NCBI GenBank assembly: GCA_938002085.1
Contig: CALLAT010000009.1
Span: forward strand, 75,450 to 139,449
Length of the DNA stretch: 64,000 nucleotides
From: an uncultured Pseudanabaenaceae cyanobacterium
GTDB taxonomy: Bacteria > Cyanobacteriota > Cyanobacteriia > PCC-9006 > JAAUQQ01
Direction of reading: 5' to 3'
The notes beneath the pieces were generated by a model. That model had not been told where the DNA came from and ran no database searches. It worked only from the letters and a program-made list of their open reading frames with translations. Made by a program: the position numbers and the translations under genes. Positions 30,835-43,757 of the stretch are shown here, piece by piece; positions within the stretch are counted from its first letter, which is position 1; the number at the start of each line of letters is the position of its first letter.

Positions 30835-31812
30835 TCACTCTTTTGCAGCCTTGAGTTGTTCCATATCGTAGTCCACCATCAGCTCAACTAGTTGTTGGAA
30901 ACTATACTTTGGTTCCCAGCCCATGTCCGTTTTAATCTGAGTCACATCTCCCACGAGCTCAACGGCCTCATTGGGGCGATAAAACTCTGGTGCGACGCTC
31001 ACGTACTTTTCCCAGTCCAAATCTAAGTAGCGAAACGCAAACTCAACCAGCTCCCGAACAGCATAGGTTTGACCACTGGCAATGACGTAGTCCCCAGGGG
31101 TCTCCTGTTGCAGCATCATCCACATGGCTGAGACAACATCTTCCGCATGGCACCAGTCCCGCTTGGCTTCTAAGTTGCCCAAGCGCAGCTCTGAAGCCAA
31201 CCCCAGCTTGATCTGTGCTGCAGTGCGGGTAATCTTGCGAAACACGAATTCCGCACCTCGACGAGGAGACTCGTGGGTGTAGGTAATGCCGCAGCAGGCG
31301 TACAGACCATACTTTTCACGATAGTTGGTCGTCATCCAGTGGGCATAGGCTTTGGCTGTCCCATAGGGATTACGGGGACGGAAGGCAGTCTTCTCTGACT
31401 GGGGAGACTCATCGGGTTGACCAAACACCTCACTACTGGAGGCCTGATAAAAACGGGCTTTAGGCTGGCAGCGTCGAATGGCTTCCAGTAAACGGGATAC
31501 CCCTAAAGCTGTATATTCTGCCGTCAAGGCAGGTTGTGTCCAGGACAGAGGCACGTAGCTTTGAGAAGCGAGGTTGTAGATCTCATCGGGCTGAGTCTCG
31601 GCAATCACATCCATTAAGGAACATTGGTCGAGCAGGTCGCCAGGCACGACATGGACCCGATCCGCAAAATGAGCAATCCGACTCAGGCTTGAGGTACTTG
31701 ACCGCCTCACCAATCCGTAGACTTCGTAGCCTTTCTCAAGCAAGAGCTCGGCCAAATAAGAGCCGTCTTGGCCTGTCAGTCCTGTAATTAAGGCTCGTTT
31801 GGTCACTGACAT
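30835..31812 (-). CDS. gmd: GDP-mannose 4,6-dehydratase
   Basis: LITGLTGQDGSYLAE, YNLASQS, QASSSE, YGTAK, HESPRRG. Confidence 0.9.
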   Translation of the reverse strand: MSVTKRALITGLTGQDGSYLAELLLEKGYEVYGLVRRSSTSSLSRIAHFADRVHVVPGDLLDQCSLMDVIAETQPDEIYNLASQSYVPLSWTQPALTAEYTALGVSRLLEAIRRCQPKARFYQASSSEVFGQPDESPQSEKTAFRPRNPYGTAKAYAHWMTTNYREKYGLYACCGITYTHESPRRGAEFVFRKITRTAAQIKLGLASELRLGNLEAKRDWCHAEDVVSAMWMMLQQETPGDYVIASGQTYAVRELVEFAFRYLDLDWEKYVSVAPEFYRPNEAVELVGDVTQIKTDMGWEPKYSFQQLVELMVDYDMEQLKAAKE

Positions 31813-32048
31813 TGGAATAAGTACTAAAGTATTGGTGAGAGAAAGCAAAAGACAACTGCATTTTGCCTGCGGTCAAGGCTTCCCCTGACAACTCAGGATC
31901 AGATTATATGGCTTCAATGTCCAATGATTTAAGTCATTTCAACCTGGATCAATCTTCCTAAATTGTATGCCGTTTCCTTTCAGTGCCTCTGACTCAAACA
32001 TTATGCTTTCCTAGGGGCATGTGGAGGTTGGACGGCAATCGGTTTTCC

Positions 32049-33218
32049 CTAGGGGTCAATGGTGTCCAAGTACTTTTGTTCAATGCTTGCCCAGGTGTAG
32101 TTGGCTTCAACATACTGTTGACCTTGAGCGCCCAGTTGATTTCGAACTTGCGAAGATACCAGTTTCAATATTGCTGCAAGCTCCTCTTTCTCTGAAAACC
32201 ACAGCCCTCCATGGGAGCGATCGCATTGCCCCACTAAGACCGCACAATCCCGATTCACCAACACTGGCTTTTGCAGAGACCAAGCCTCTAAAAGAACAAT
32301 CGAGAGACTCTCGTGGGGAGAAGGCATGACCAACCAGTCACATGCAGCCATGGCATCCCACTTCGTCTGCTCTTCGACATAGCCCAAAGCGATAATGTCT
32401 GGATGGGCTGGAATCTCCATCATCGCCTTGCCCAAAACCACTAGCTTCATCGAAATAGATTGGCTCTCGCGCAGCGCCAAGAAATCTTCAAAAAGTTTGG
32501 AGCAGCCTTTAGATGGATCGACACGGCCGACATAAAGCAAGAACGGACCGTAAATTCCATGGTTCCGGCGAAACGCTTCAGGATGAACGGCGCCAGGAGG
32601 ATTGACAGCCATGCCACAAACGGGGCCATCAAAATCAACGTCTTCGAATTTATTCTGCAAAAATAGCTGCTCTTCTACAGCACTAAAAATGAATCCCTTA
32701 GGCAGCTTAAAAAACTCTTTCCAAATACCGAGATAGATGGGCCATTCATCGTGAGCGAAGGGCACTAAATAACTCTTATGTGCAACCAGCGGCAAGGTGA
32801 AGTAAGTCGTCGCATATAAGTAATTGAAGAAAATAAAAACATCGTACTCGTCTTGATGATTGAGTACATAGTCTTGAAGTCCAGGAGAAATTGGCCCTTG
32901 AGCCTTCATCCATTCTTCTTGGCGAGTAATCGTAGACGTCTCAATGTTTTGTGATACCTCATCGCAAAACAGATTAAACGAAGCAGTTTCCCTTGGCATC
33001 GGAACCGTAAACCGCCGTACCGTCACACCTGAAATCTTTGATTTACCGGGCTTATAGTGATCGGCCCACTCGGAATAATCTAAAGCACAGGTCGTTAAAA
33101 CATCTATATCCCAACAAGAGGCTGCCATATGCTCAGCCACAGCACGGCATAACACTTCAGCCCCGCCATTCACCTCAACGCCATAGCGTTGAATTACAAA
33201 CGCGACTTTTAACTTCAC
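32049..33218 (-). CDS. GT4 glycosyltransferase
   Basis: QRYG.EVNGGAE, YVGRVDPSKG, PSPHESLSIVLLEAW. Confidence 0.88.
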   Translation of the reverse strand: MKLKVAFVIQRYGVEVNGGAEVLCRAVAEHMAASCWDIDVLTTCALDYSEWADHYKPGKSKISGVTVRRFTVPMPRETASFNLFCDEVSQNIETSTITRQEEWMKAQGPISPGLQDYVLNHQDEYDVFIFFNYLYATTYFTLPLVAHKSYLVPFAHDEWPIYLGIWKEFFKLPKGFIFSAVEEQLFLQNKFEDVDFDGPVCGMAVNPPGAVHPEAFRRNHGIYGPFLLYVGRVDPSKGCSKLFEDFLALRESQSISMKLVVLGKAMMEIPAHPDIIALGYVEEQTKWDAMAACDWLVMPSPHESLSIVLLEAWSLQKPVLVNRDCAVLVGQCDRSHGGLWFSEKEELAAILKLVSSQVRNQLGAQGQQYVEANYTWASIEQKYLDTIDP

Positions 33219-34195
33219 TCAATTTCACCTTCAGGACAGCTTCGATATAGGAAAGCAGGTTTCTTTTGCCCGCCTGGGGAAACATTAACTGCTTTCACAA
33301 AAATATATTGTCCAAGATCCTGCTCTCGATGCTTCAATAATTCAGAGTAAATAGGTAGATTTACATCTGCATCGACAGCATTAGCATGAACATCTGCTGT
33401 AAACATTGCCGAAATCTCAAACCCTAAATAAGTTAGTAAAAGGTGAAGCTCGTGCTTGTTGTACTCGCGATTATGCCGACCATAGGGGCCATATCCAGAA
33501 TACGGATCATAGATATTTGTGCCTGATACCATACGCGAAACATTCTCTAGCCGACTCACGTTGGGTGTCGTGAGAATTAGAGTCCCTCCTGGCTTGAGAA
33601 CTCTTTTAATTTTCCGAATGACAGCAGCAGGATCCATCAACAGATGTTCGATGATTTCGCAGCATAATACGAGGTCAAACTGTTCAGATTCGAACGGGAA
33701 AGGCTCTTCTTCAATATTAAAATGGTGAGATGTCAATTCGAGCCGTTGAGGTTCTCCTGCCTCTACAAATGTGACTGCTTGCTTGATCAGTGATTCACAA
33801 TGAGGACCGAAGTAGTTCCCAAATTCTAGATCGAGGTCTGTAAAGCGTTTCAGCAGCATCGTCGTGAAATAAGGGTTCGCACCGAGTTCCAATGCTGTCC
33901 CATTGATGCCTTGAGCCAATCCCCAAGTATAGACAAAACGCCTGAAGTCTTGGCGACAGTAACCTGCCATTTCTTCTTTTGGAGCATCCTCTGGACAAAC
34001 GGACTCCAAAAAACTGAAGAGTTCTTCCTCTGTTAAATTCCCAGGTAGAGGTAAGCCAGGACGTAATGGGAAAAGAGCGTCAGCATTCAGCTTCTCTGGA
34101 CTATTAGAGTTAGCACTGCTTGAATCCTCAAGCGGCTTCTGTTCGGCTGAAAGTGTTGTGTTTAACTTTCGAACTGCTCTTTGGAAATAATTCAT
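33215..34195 (-). CDS. Class I SAM-dependent methyltransferase
   Basis: LELGANPY, FDLVLCCEIIEHL, LKPGG.LILTTPN, HNREY. Confidence 0.85.
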   Translation of the reverse strand: MNYFQRAVRKLNTTLSAEQKPLEDSSSANSNSPEKLNADALFPLRPGLPLPGNLTEEELFSFLESVCPEDAPKEEMAGYCRQDFRRFVYTWGLAQGINGTALELGANPYFTTMLLKRFTDLDLEFGNYFGPHCESLIKQAVTFVEAGEPQRLELTSHHFNIEEEPFPFESEQFDLVLCCEIIEHLLMDPAAVIRKIKRVLKPGGTLILTTPNVSRLENVSRMVSGTNIYDPYSGYGPYGRHNREYNKHELHLLLTYLGFEISAMFTADVHANAVDADVNLPIYSELLKHREQDLGQYIFVKAVNVSPGGQKKPAFLYRSCPEGEIE

Positions 34196-34234
34196 GATGT
34201 CCCACTGATAAAGCAATCAAATCCGATTGTTTAC

Positions 34235-36676
34235 TCAAGTTGTGATGCGCTCTACTAGCTCATCAAGTTTATACCGAACCTGCGCGAGAAGAAATCTTTC
34301 ACGCTGGTCATGCTGAGCTTCAATGACTTGCGATCGCAACTTATTATCCTTGACCATCAAGTGTGCAAGGGCTGCAACGCTAAGCAAATCCTGTTTATGC
34401 TCAAACAAGACCCCCCCATGGCCCAGGGTTTCAGGGACCGCACTGCTCTTATAGGCTAAGACGGGAATATCGAACCACATAGACTCCACTAAGGGGACTC
34501 CAAATCCTTCATGCTCACTCATCGACCAAAATAAGTGAGCTGTTCGATAGCAGGCTAAAAGCTCGGCTTCTTCTACATGTCCTGTAAATAGAACATTGGG
34601 GCGAATGCCCAGCTCAATCATCCATTCAAACAATTCATCGTAAAAAGGATCCTCCTCTCTATATCTACCTACGAGTACGAGGCGAGCTTCGGGATCGAAC
34701 TTAAGATATAAAGCAAATGCTTTGAGGAGATCATCCTGGCATTTGTTCGGTGCAACCCTGCCAACGAACAGAATATTGCTTCTACCGTCTTGAAGTTTTT
34801 CCATCCAAGCCGGATCTGGCTTCATATCCCATTTCCGGGGATTGACAATGATAGGTAAAACATCAGAGCCTAAGAAACCTGACTCAATCAACTCGTCAGA
34901 ATTGTATTGAGAATCGCCTACCGTGATAGAAAAATGGCTAGAGAGTTGAGCTAAATCACGACGCCCTTCCTCTAAAATTAATGCAAAGTTAGGATCATAC
35001 TTCTCAAAGAAATGAGCCGGTGTGATGTTGTGATAGATTAAGCACTTTTTGGATGGATGGCTCACTGCATAAGCTGTTAAATCTGAACCAATTGAATGGT
35101 GATATATCAGACAGGCATTCTTTGAAAAAGATTCAGCAGAAAAGACGTGAGCCTCATGGGTCAACCGTTCATCTAAAAATAAGACATAAATGTCAGAGTG
35201 GTAGCCTCGTTGACGTAAATAATCCCGAATGGCTAATGCTTGATTTGAGATAGCATCTCCATAAGCAAAGCCAGGCAGGAGTTGGTGGATCTCAACCTTC
35301 TTGGATCGCTTTGCCGAGGATTCTGGCTGCGGCCCCTGTGCCAGCATTGCTTGTACTCTTTGAAGAATAGAGCCCCTGACTATTCCTGACGAAGCTTTGC
35401 CTGTTAACGGCTTGTGTTGAGATAACCCTTCTGAAGCCCCACTTTCAGACTCTGCCGGTGATATACCCAGGGCTTTTTCATAACGTCCCAGAACCTTTTC
35501 CCAGTCTGCATTCTCCGCTGCATACTCTTGGCCTCGACGGCCATAGGCGACGCATTCTGCTTCTGCCACATGATCGATGTGCTCAAACTGCTCCGCCCAC
35601 TCTGCTTCCGTTCCAGCCAGCCAGCCTCCTTGAGAGTTCTTGACTGCTAAAGCTGTGGCCAGACAATCCCGATGGACAACGACTGGACGCTGGTAGAACC
35701 AAGCTTCCATCATGACGCGAGAGTAGCTTTCATTTTTGCTCGGCTGAAATAAGGCTAAGCAGCGAGATAGAAGAGCTTCTTTCTCTGACTCACTAACGAG
35801 CTCTAAATCAATAATGTCTGGGGTATTCCCTTCTATCTGAGGGAGTACTCCAGGTCCTGCTAGAACAAGCTTCAAATCAGACTCTGGATGCGCTCTCCTA
35901 TATTCAGAGAAGGCACGCATCAGCAAATCGGTGTTTTTAGTACTGTCTCGTCGTCCTAAGCAAAGAATGAAACGCGATGTTGTGGTCTCGAAGCCCTTTA
36001 CTTCTGCTAAATTCGAGTCAAAGTGCAGCCCAGCTTCTATTCCTGCTCCAGTGGTGAAGCTCTTTAAAGTAATACCTGGTCCATACAGTTGTCTTGCAAG
36101 TTGTGCTTCACCGTCACTAATAAATAGTAATCCTTTCGCAGCATGGAAAATGTCAGAGACATGGGGCAAATAGGCGTAGGACTCGTCATGCAAGCAAGGC
36201 TGTAAAAAAGCACGTTGCTTGACTAAAGAAAGTCCTTGAAGAATCGGGCCATATAAGTAGGGTAAAAATAAGAATGCATCATAGGCTTCTGAATTCTTTT
36301 TTAGGTACTTAAGAAGTTTTGGAGAATTGATGTTCTCAGATACAAAATAATTTGAAAACTCAGGAGATACAGGAGAGACACCCGGCTTTAAGTCAGCCTT
36401 AGGGGTTTGCATTAATTGAGCATTAGCAGCATTAAACTGTGAGTCATTTCGAGCCATCACAGCAAATCGGCGAACCTTTAGATGCCCCTGCTGACTGACG
36501 CCAGGCTTGACATGATTTTGCGACCAATCCTTTTGGAAGGTTTCGCAGCAAGTCGTTAAGACTTCTACCTCATGCCCTCTCGCTGCTAAACGGTTAGAGA
36601 CTTGCCAGCCATGTTGCTCTGCACCTCCTTTCAAAGATTCACCAAACCAAGGAATAACGATCGCAATTCTACTCAT
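34235..36676 (-). CDS. Tandem double-domain GT4 glycosyltransferase
   Basis: Two GT-B modules (PSKNESYS..MEAW and SEHEGFGVPLVESM) joined by a linker. Confidence 0.88.
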   Translation of the reverse strand: MSRIAIVIPWFGESLKGGAEQHGWQVSNRLAARGHEVEVLTTCCETFQKDWSQNHVKPGVSQQGHLKVRRFAVMARNDSQFNAANAQLMQTPKADLKPGVSPVSPEFSNYFVSENINSPKLLKYLKKNSEAYDAFLFLPYLYGPILQGLSLVKQRAFLQPCLHDESYAYLPHVSDIFHAAKGLLFISDGEAQLARQLYGPGITLKSFTTGAGIEAGLHFDSNLAEVKGFETTTSRFILCLGRRDSTKNTDLLMRAFSEYRRAHPESDLKLVLAGPGVLPQIEGNTPDIIDLELVSESEKEALLSRCLALFQPSKNESYSRVMMEAWFYQRPVVVHRDCLATALAVKNSQGGWLAGTEAEWAEQFEHIDHVAEAECVAYGRRGQEYAAENADWEKVLGRYEKALGISPAESESGASEGLSQHKPLTGKASSGIVRGSILQRVQAMLAQGPQPESSAKRSKKVEIHQLLPGFAYGDAISNQALAIRDYLRQRGYHSDIYVLFLDERLTHEAHVFSAESFSKNACLIYHHSIGSDLTAYAVSHPSKKCLIYHNITPAHFFEKYDPNFALILEEGRRDLAQLSSHFSITVGDSQYNSDELIESGFLGSDVLPIIVNPRKWDMKPDPAWMEKLQDGRSNILFVGRVAPNKCQDDLLKAFALYLKFDPEARLVLVGRYREEDPFYDELFEWMIELGIRPNVLFTGHVEEAELLACYRTAHLFWSMSEHEGFGVPLVESMWFDIPVLAYKSSAVPETLGHGGVLFEHKQDLLSVAALAHLMVKDNKLRSQVIEAQHDQRERFLLAQVRYKLDELVERITT

Positions 36677-38406
36677 GCCTTATACCCCACTACTGCATAG
36701 TCTTGTGGGCCGTAAAGTAATTCTCCTAGGCGTTGATCTAATTCATTCTCTTCCCTTAACCAAGTGGGCTTCGGAGATTGATTTAAATTCAATATTTGAA
36801 CATTGACGAATCCTCGTGACTCCAGCAGAAATGCCATCATCGGGCTGGGTAGAGGATTCCGGTGGGTCGGATCTAGATAAAATGAACAACTTCCCACGAG
36901 CAAGTTTGCTGGGTTAGGTGTCTCAAAAATAGTTATTCCCCCTGGCTTTAATGCCTTCAGCGAATAATCGAGACACTTAATCAATGCTGGGAATGGAAGG
37001 TGCTCAACCAAATGAAACCCCATGATGCCTCCTAGAGTAGATTCTTCTACAGAAGATAGATAATCAATGGCATCTGATTCAATGACAGTTAATGAACGGG
37101 CTCTACATTGGGCTAAGAAGGCATGATTAATATCCACACCAGTGACAGATTTGTAATTGTGCTGGCTTAAAAGTTCTAGCCATTCTCCTCTTCCACATCC
37201 TAGGTCTATAACGGTATCTTGCTCTGTAGATAAATTAGATTGTTCAAGAATGGGCAAATAAACTTTTAGACGCTCTAGAACGTCCTCGCGTTTTCCTCGA
37301 AACTTTTCTTCAAAAGCAGAATAGAAAGCATCTAAGTGATGCTCTGCTACATGTTCTACTTCCTCTAGAACTTCCGAATCTTTTCGAGAAGAAGGGGAAA
37401 CCAACTGCTTTAGTAAAATCGTTAACTGCTGTTGCTGATGAGCCAAGGATTGCTTGCAGTAGCTGAGATCTTGAATATGCCGCTCTGACGTTGTAGTGAG
37501 CAGGTGACTCGCTTCATTCTGACTGTTTCTTAAGCCCTGAAATATCTGTTCTCGAGTACTGCTTGTTTCAGAGAGTTCAAACAATTTGGCTTCTAAAACT
37601 TCTATTCGCGTTAAACCCGCCTGTTCAGCCTCCAAAGCAAGATGTAGCCGTTGGCCAATCGCCAGGAGATGCTGCTCGACTTGAGCTAGCTTACTTTCCC
37701 CAGCCTCTACTCTGGCTAGTGATGTTTGCTCACCTTCCAAAGACAGATTTAGCCGTTGACCAATTGCTAAAAGGTTCTCTTCTACGCCTACCGTTCGTTG
37801 TATAAGAGCATTGAGTGAGCTTTCAATAGCTTGTTCCTTTTCGCTCAAGGCTTTTTGTTTTGCATCAATGGCTTGTTCTTTTTTGTCTAAAGCTTGCTTG
37901 TATGAATTCGAAGCTCGCTGGGTCTCTGATATGTGACTTTCGAGTTGCCAAAGGCGCTCTTCTATTTCTTTAAGTTGCAGCGATGCTGTCTCAAACTGAA
38001 GCGATTGTTCATCTAGCTCATTGCCTAAACCAACCTTTTCAAGTTGATCATCCTTGAGTAGTCTAAGCAGCTCCTTTAAGGCAATGACAAAGTCTGAATT
38101 TATAACGGTTTGCTTCTTGAAGAGAAACCGAAAACATCGTATTACAAAATCTTGGAGCTTCAGGCTTAGAGAGAAGGGAAAGCGAGAAAACTTTGCTGGC
38201 CATTGCAGAGAGGCCTGGGACTGAAACCTAGCATCATCTACGACGGCTTCAATGCGTTCTAGCCTGTCTAAGTGTTTTCTATATTCCCGTTTCGATTTCT
38301 CGACTGCTGGCACTTGCTCCTGAAGTTTGTTGCAACGCTCAACTTCGAGACGGACCTGTTCCATCAGCTCGTGAACGTCAATTTTAGGATTATTAGAATC
38401 AATCAC
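36673..38406 (-). CDS. Coiled-coil + SAM-dependent methyltransferase (glycan chain terminator-like)
   Basis: Long heptad coiled coil, then FEEKFRG, DLGCGRGEWL, FHLVEHL, ETPNP, FYLDPTH, QDYAVVG. Confidence 0.85.
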   Translation of the reverse strand: MIDSNNPKIDVHELMEQVRLEVERCNKLQEQVPAVEKSKREYRKHLDRLERIEAVVDDARFQSQASLQWPAKFSRFPFSLSLKLQDFVIRCFRFLFKKQTVINSDFVIALKELLRLLKDDQLEKVGLGNELDEQSLQFETASLQLKEIEERLWQLESHISETQRASNSYKQALDKKEQAIDAKQKALSEKEQAIESSLNALIQRTVGVEENLLAIGQRLNLSLEGEQTSLARVEAGESKLAQVEQHLLAIGQRLHLALEAEQAGLTRIEVLEAKLFELSETSSTREQIFQGLRNSQNEASHLLTTTSERHIQDLSYCKQSLAHQQQQLTILLKQLVSPSSRKDSEVLEEVEHVAEHHLDAFYSAFEEKFRGKREDVLERLKVYLPILEQSNLSTEQDTVIDLGCGRGEWLELLSQHNYKSVTGVDINHAFLAQCRARSLTVIESDAIDYLSSVEESTLGGIMGFHLVEHLPFPALIKCLDYSLKALKPGGITIFETPNPANLLVGSCSFYLDPTHRNPLPSPMMAFLLESRGFVNVQILNLNQSPKPTWLREENELDQRLGELLYGPQDYAVVGYKA

Positions 38407-38461
38407 CTGAAATCTAAACCTTGAGTCTACAAAATTAACAACTTTAGAACCGATGAAGCCG

Positions 38462-39847
38462 TCACAATATTCGAGCTTTTCGCTTCTCTACTTGAAATAG
38501 CCCATGAACAAACTCCGGAGCGACTGCTTGAATAGAGACTGCATTTTGAATCCAGTCCAGCATTTCTAGGTTCTCGTGAGAGCCATCTCCAAATGCAATA
38601 TCTAAAGCATAGGTGCCTGTCGCAAGATAAGGCCACGAAAATTCAAGTTCGATCTTGGATGTTCCTGTCGGAGAAACCTCAACCCATTGCTGGGAAAAGT
38701 GGTGATCGAGTAGATCGGTACTCCAACCAGACAATACGGTTCTGAGGCGGTCTAAGAGAGCGATACCCACATGGGGATGTTTGATCGCGCTATGGCGGGT
38801 GACCGTTACCTCCACAATGACCACTTTCCCTGGCTCTGCAAAGGGTAAAGGGACCCGATCTGAGTCCAAAACTCTGACAGATAGTACTTCTCCTCGACCC
38901 GATCCAAAACGCTCGCATTCTTTAAGAGCTTGAAATTCTGCGTTGGTAAATAGGTTGATGCCGCTGCGTGTTAATGCATCAACTTCTATGTCTCCTTTCT
39001 GTGTGACTTCCACAGGTGGGGGAGGAGTTTCTACTTCGGAGGAGGGGACTTCACTCGGTAAAACATTATTTTCGATTTCTTCCGGTTGCGACTGATATTG
39101 CTGATTAACTCTTTGATATACCCAGGCTTGGTAATGCTTACAGATATCTGCAGGCAAACCCTGTTCAACAATCTTGCCTCCATTAATCCAAATAGCCTTG
39201 GAACAGAGTCGAGAGACTGAACCCACATCATGGGACACAAACAGGATTGTCCCCCCTGCGGCTTGGAAGTCTTTGATTTTGGCCATGCAACGGTGGACAA
39301 AAATTCCATCTCCGACAGCCAGAGCCTCATCCACAATTAAAATTTCAGGCTCAACATTGATGGCTACGGCAAAGGCAAGGCGGACAAACATACCGCTGGA
39401 ATATGTTTTGACCGGCTCATCCATAAAGTCCCCAATCTCAGCAAATGCTGCAATACGCTCAAATTTTTGAGCAATATCCTCCCGCGCGAGGCCCAGAATC
39501 TGGCCATTAAAGAAGACATTTTGGCGGCCCGTAAACTCAGGGTTAAAGCCACTACCGAGTTCGAGCAATGCCGCAACACGACCTGATGTTTTGACCTGAC
39601 CTTGGGTGGGGGTTAGGGTTCCTGCAATGATTTGCAGGAGTGTGCTTTTACCTGAGCCATTTTGGCCAATGATTCCTAAGGTTTCTCCCCGAGCAACGCT
39701 CAAGTTGATGTCGCGAAGCGCCCAAAACTCTTCCGCTCGATTTTTGCCGGGTAATAGAATCTCCTTTAAACGGTCTGTGGGATGGGAATAGCGCTTATAT
39801 CCCTTAGACACATCAGAGACTTCAATCGCATAGGTTTGTTCAGACAT
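38462..39847 (-). CDS. wzt: Polysaccharide ABC transporter ATP-binding protein with C-terminal carbohydrate-binding domain
   Basis: GQNGSGKST, YSSGMFVRLAFA, DEALAVGD, plus Wzt-C-like tail (RFGSGRGE). Confidence 0.92.
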   Translation of the reverse strand: MSEQTYAIEVSDVSKGYKRYSHPTDRLKEILLPGKNRAEEFWALRDINLSVARGETLGIIGQNGSGKSTLLQIIAGTLTPTQGQVKTSGRVAALLELGSGFNPEFTGRQNVFFNGQILGLAREDIAQKFERIAAFAEIGDFMDEPVKTYSSGMFVRLAFAVAINVEPEILIVDEALAVGDGIFVHRCMAKIKDFQAAGGTILFVSHDVGSVSRLCSKAIWINGGKIVEQGLPADICKHYQAWVYQRVNQQYQSQPEEIENNVLPSEVPSSEVETPPPPVEVTQKGDIEVDALTRSGINLFTNAEFQALKECERFGSGRGEVLSVRVLDSDRVPLPFAEPGKVVIVEVTVTRHSAIKHPHVGIALLDRLRTVLSGWSTDLLDHHFSQQWVEVSPTGTSKIELEFSWPYLATGTYALDIAFGDGSHENLEMLDWIQNAVSIQAVAPEFVHGLFQVEKRKARIL

Positions 39848-39885
39848 GACGATATCGCTTTACGGTTGATGGCTAAACAAACAAG

Positions 39886-40758
39886 CTAGAGAACGTCTGC
39901 AAAAGCAGGAGTGAGCTTTCGATAAATGAATCGTCCCAAGAGAAAGACAACTAAGCTAATGATGAATAGGCTGAAACCATAGGTCTCCAGGGTCTCAGTA
40001 CTTCCCCAAAAGACAAGATCACGGTATAACGCCGTAATGGTGGCCAAGGGATTGAACATCATGACCCAATGCTCAAAGCTGCCAAGCTTCTCGGGTCCAT
40101 ATACAACAGGGGTTAAATAGAAAAGTAGGTTTAAGATAATGCCGACACTTTGGGCAATGTCGCGAATAAATACAGTCAAACCGGCCACGATATAACAAAG
40201 GCCAGCTGTCAGCATCATTTGCATTCCCCAAACTAATGGCAGTAATGCGAGTTGCCAAGGCAGACTGTGGGTGAGGAAGGCTAGCAATACGATCAGTACG
40301 GCTAACCCAAACGCACTTTCAATTAAGGCGGAGAAAACGGGAACTAGCGGTAGCAAGCTTAGGGGGAAAACCACCTTCTTGACGAGGTTCACCTGTCCCA
40401 CTACGGCATTAGATGCCTGGGTGACGCTGGTGGAAAAAGCAATCCAAGGTACGAGGGCGGCGAAGAGCCATAGACCAAATAGGAGAGTGCTATCGGGGTC
40501 AAAGCCGCGAGAGGCCAACATCATGGCTTGGGGACTTTGACCCTGAACCGGAAGCTTGACCCGCAAAACGATTGAAAACACATAGGTGTAAATCAATAGT
40601 TGAGAAATCTGGTTAAGTAAGGGCCAGAGATTTCCGAGCATGGAGCCCTTGTAGCGGGCCTCTAGATCTCGGCGAACCAGCATTTGCAATAGGCTGAACT
40701 TGGATAAACGCTCAAGTTTTGAAAATAGCCATTGTTTTAGGGGAAGCTTAAGGCGCAT
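39886..40758 (-). CDS. wzm: Polysaccharide ABC transporter permease
   Basis: RDLEARYKGS.LG.LW, LVKKVVFP, FYLTPVVY, NPL, C-terminal FADVL. Confidence 0.92.
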   Translation of the reverse strand: MRLKLPLKQWLFSKLERLSKFSLLQMLVRRDLEARYKGSMLGNLWPLLNQISQLLIYTYVFSIVLRVKLPVQGQSPQAMMLASRGFDPDSTLLFGLWLFAALVPWIAFSTSVTQASNAVVGQVNLVKKVVFPLSLLPLVPVFSALIESAFGLAVLIVLLAFLTHSLPWQLALLPLVWGMQMMLTAGLCYIVAGLTVFIRDIAQSVGIILNLLFYLTPVVYGPEKLGSFEHWVMMFNPLATITALYRDLVFWGSTETLETYGFSLFIISLVVFLLGRFIYRKLTPAFADVL

Positions 40759-40892
40759 ATAGACGATAGAGAAGCTGACTCACCAGTAGATCTTCGAAAA
40801 GCAGTTGCCAATTTTTTGGCAATCGGTAACTCCTAATCTCCGATCATTCGATTCAGCAGATACCTTGGGGCAATCGTATCATTTGGAACGGA

Positions 40893-42824
<1,932 letters not shown>

Positions 42825-42932
42825 AACAATGAACTCCTTTCGCAGCCGAAGGCCGAAGACGAAGAAATTATACTAGCCAATTTCGGATCTGCTTCTCTCA
42901 TCATCCAGGCCGTTAGCTCGCCTAGAAACAGC

Positions 42933-42971
42933 AAAAGGGTTGAGAGTCATCAATGAAGACTCTCAACCCTT
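42933..42971 (-). terminator. Intrinsic terminator of psaC
   Basis: AAGGGTTGAGAGTC...GACTCTCAACCCTT, with T-run on the minus strand. Confidence 0.65.
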
Positions 42972-43010
42972 CCGAGAAGCAAAAGCCAGGTTAAAAAATC
43001 CTAGAAGGAT

Positions 43011-43367
<357 letters not shown>

Positions 43368-43757
43368 TTATGGGAAACGCTGATGAGCCGAACATCAGGT
43401 CCACTAGACCGACGATGTTTTTATCAGGATTAGCCCAAGTCTACCCCAGGGATTTCGTCGGCCTGCGATCGCCTAATTAAAACTTTAAACATCGTAATAA
43501 TCGCTCGAAATCCCGTCCCTAGGGCTATTCGGAGAATTGGGGTATAGAACGATAGAAAGCGATCCCTTTTTCAATTCAAGCCATTGCCTAGCGTCTATCC
43601 AGAAGGACATTGCCGGTTGGGATTAAGCCCCCTGGAACTCCGCTCTGGGACTAATTCTAAAGAAGATCTAAAGCGGAATGACCCTTTGCCGATAAGATGA
43701 ACCAATGCCTAAATGCTGATAAAGCATGACGCCGGTACCGCAAAGGAATTGAGGTTT

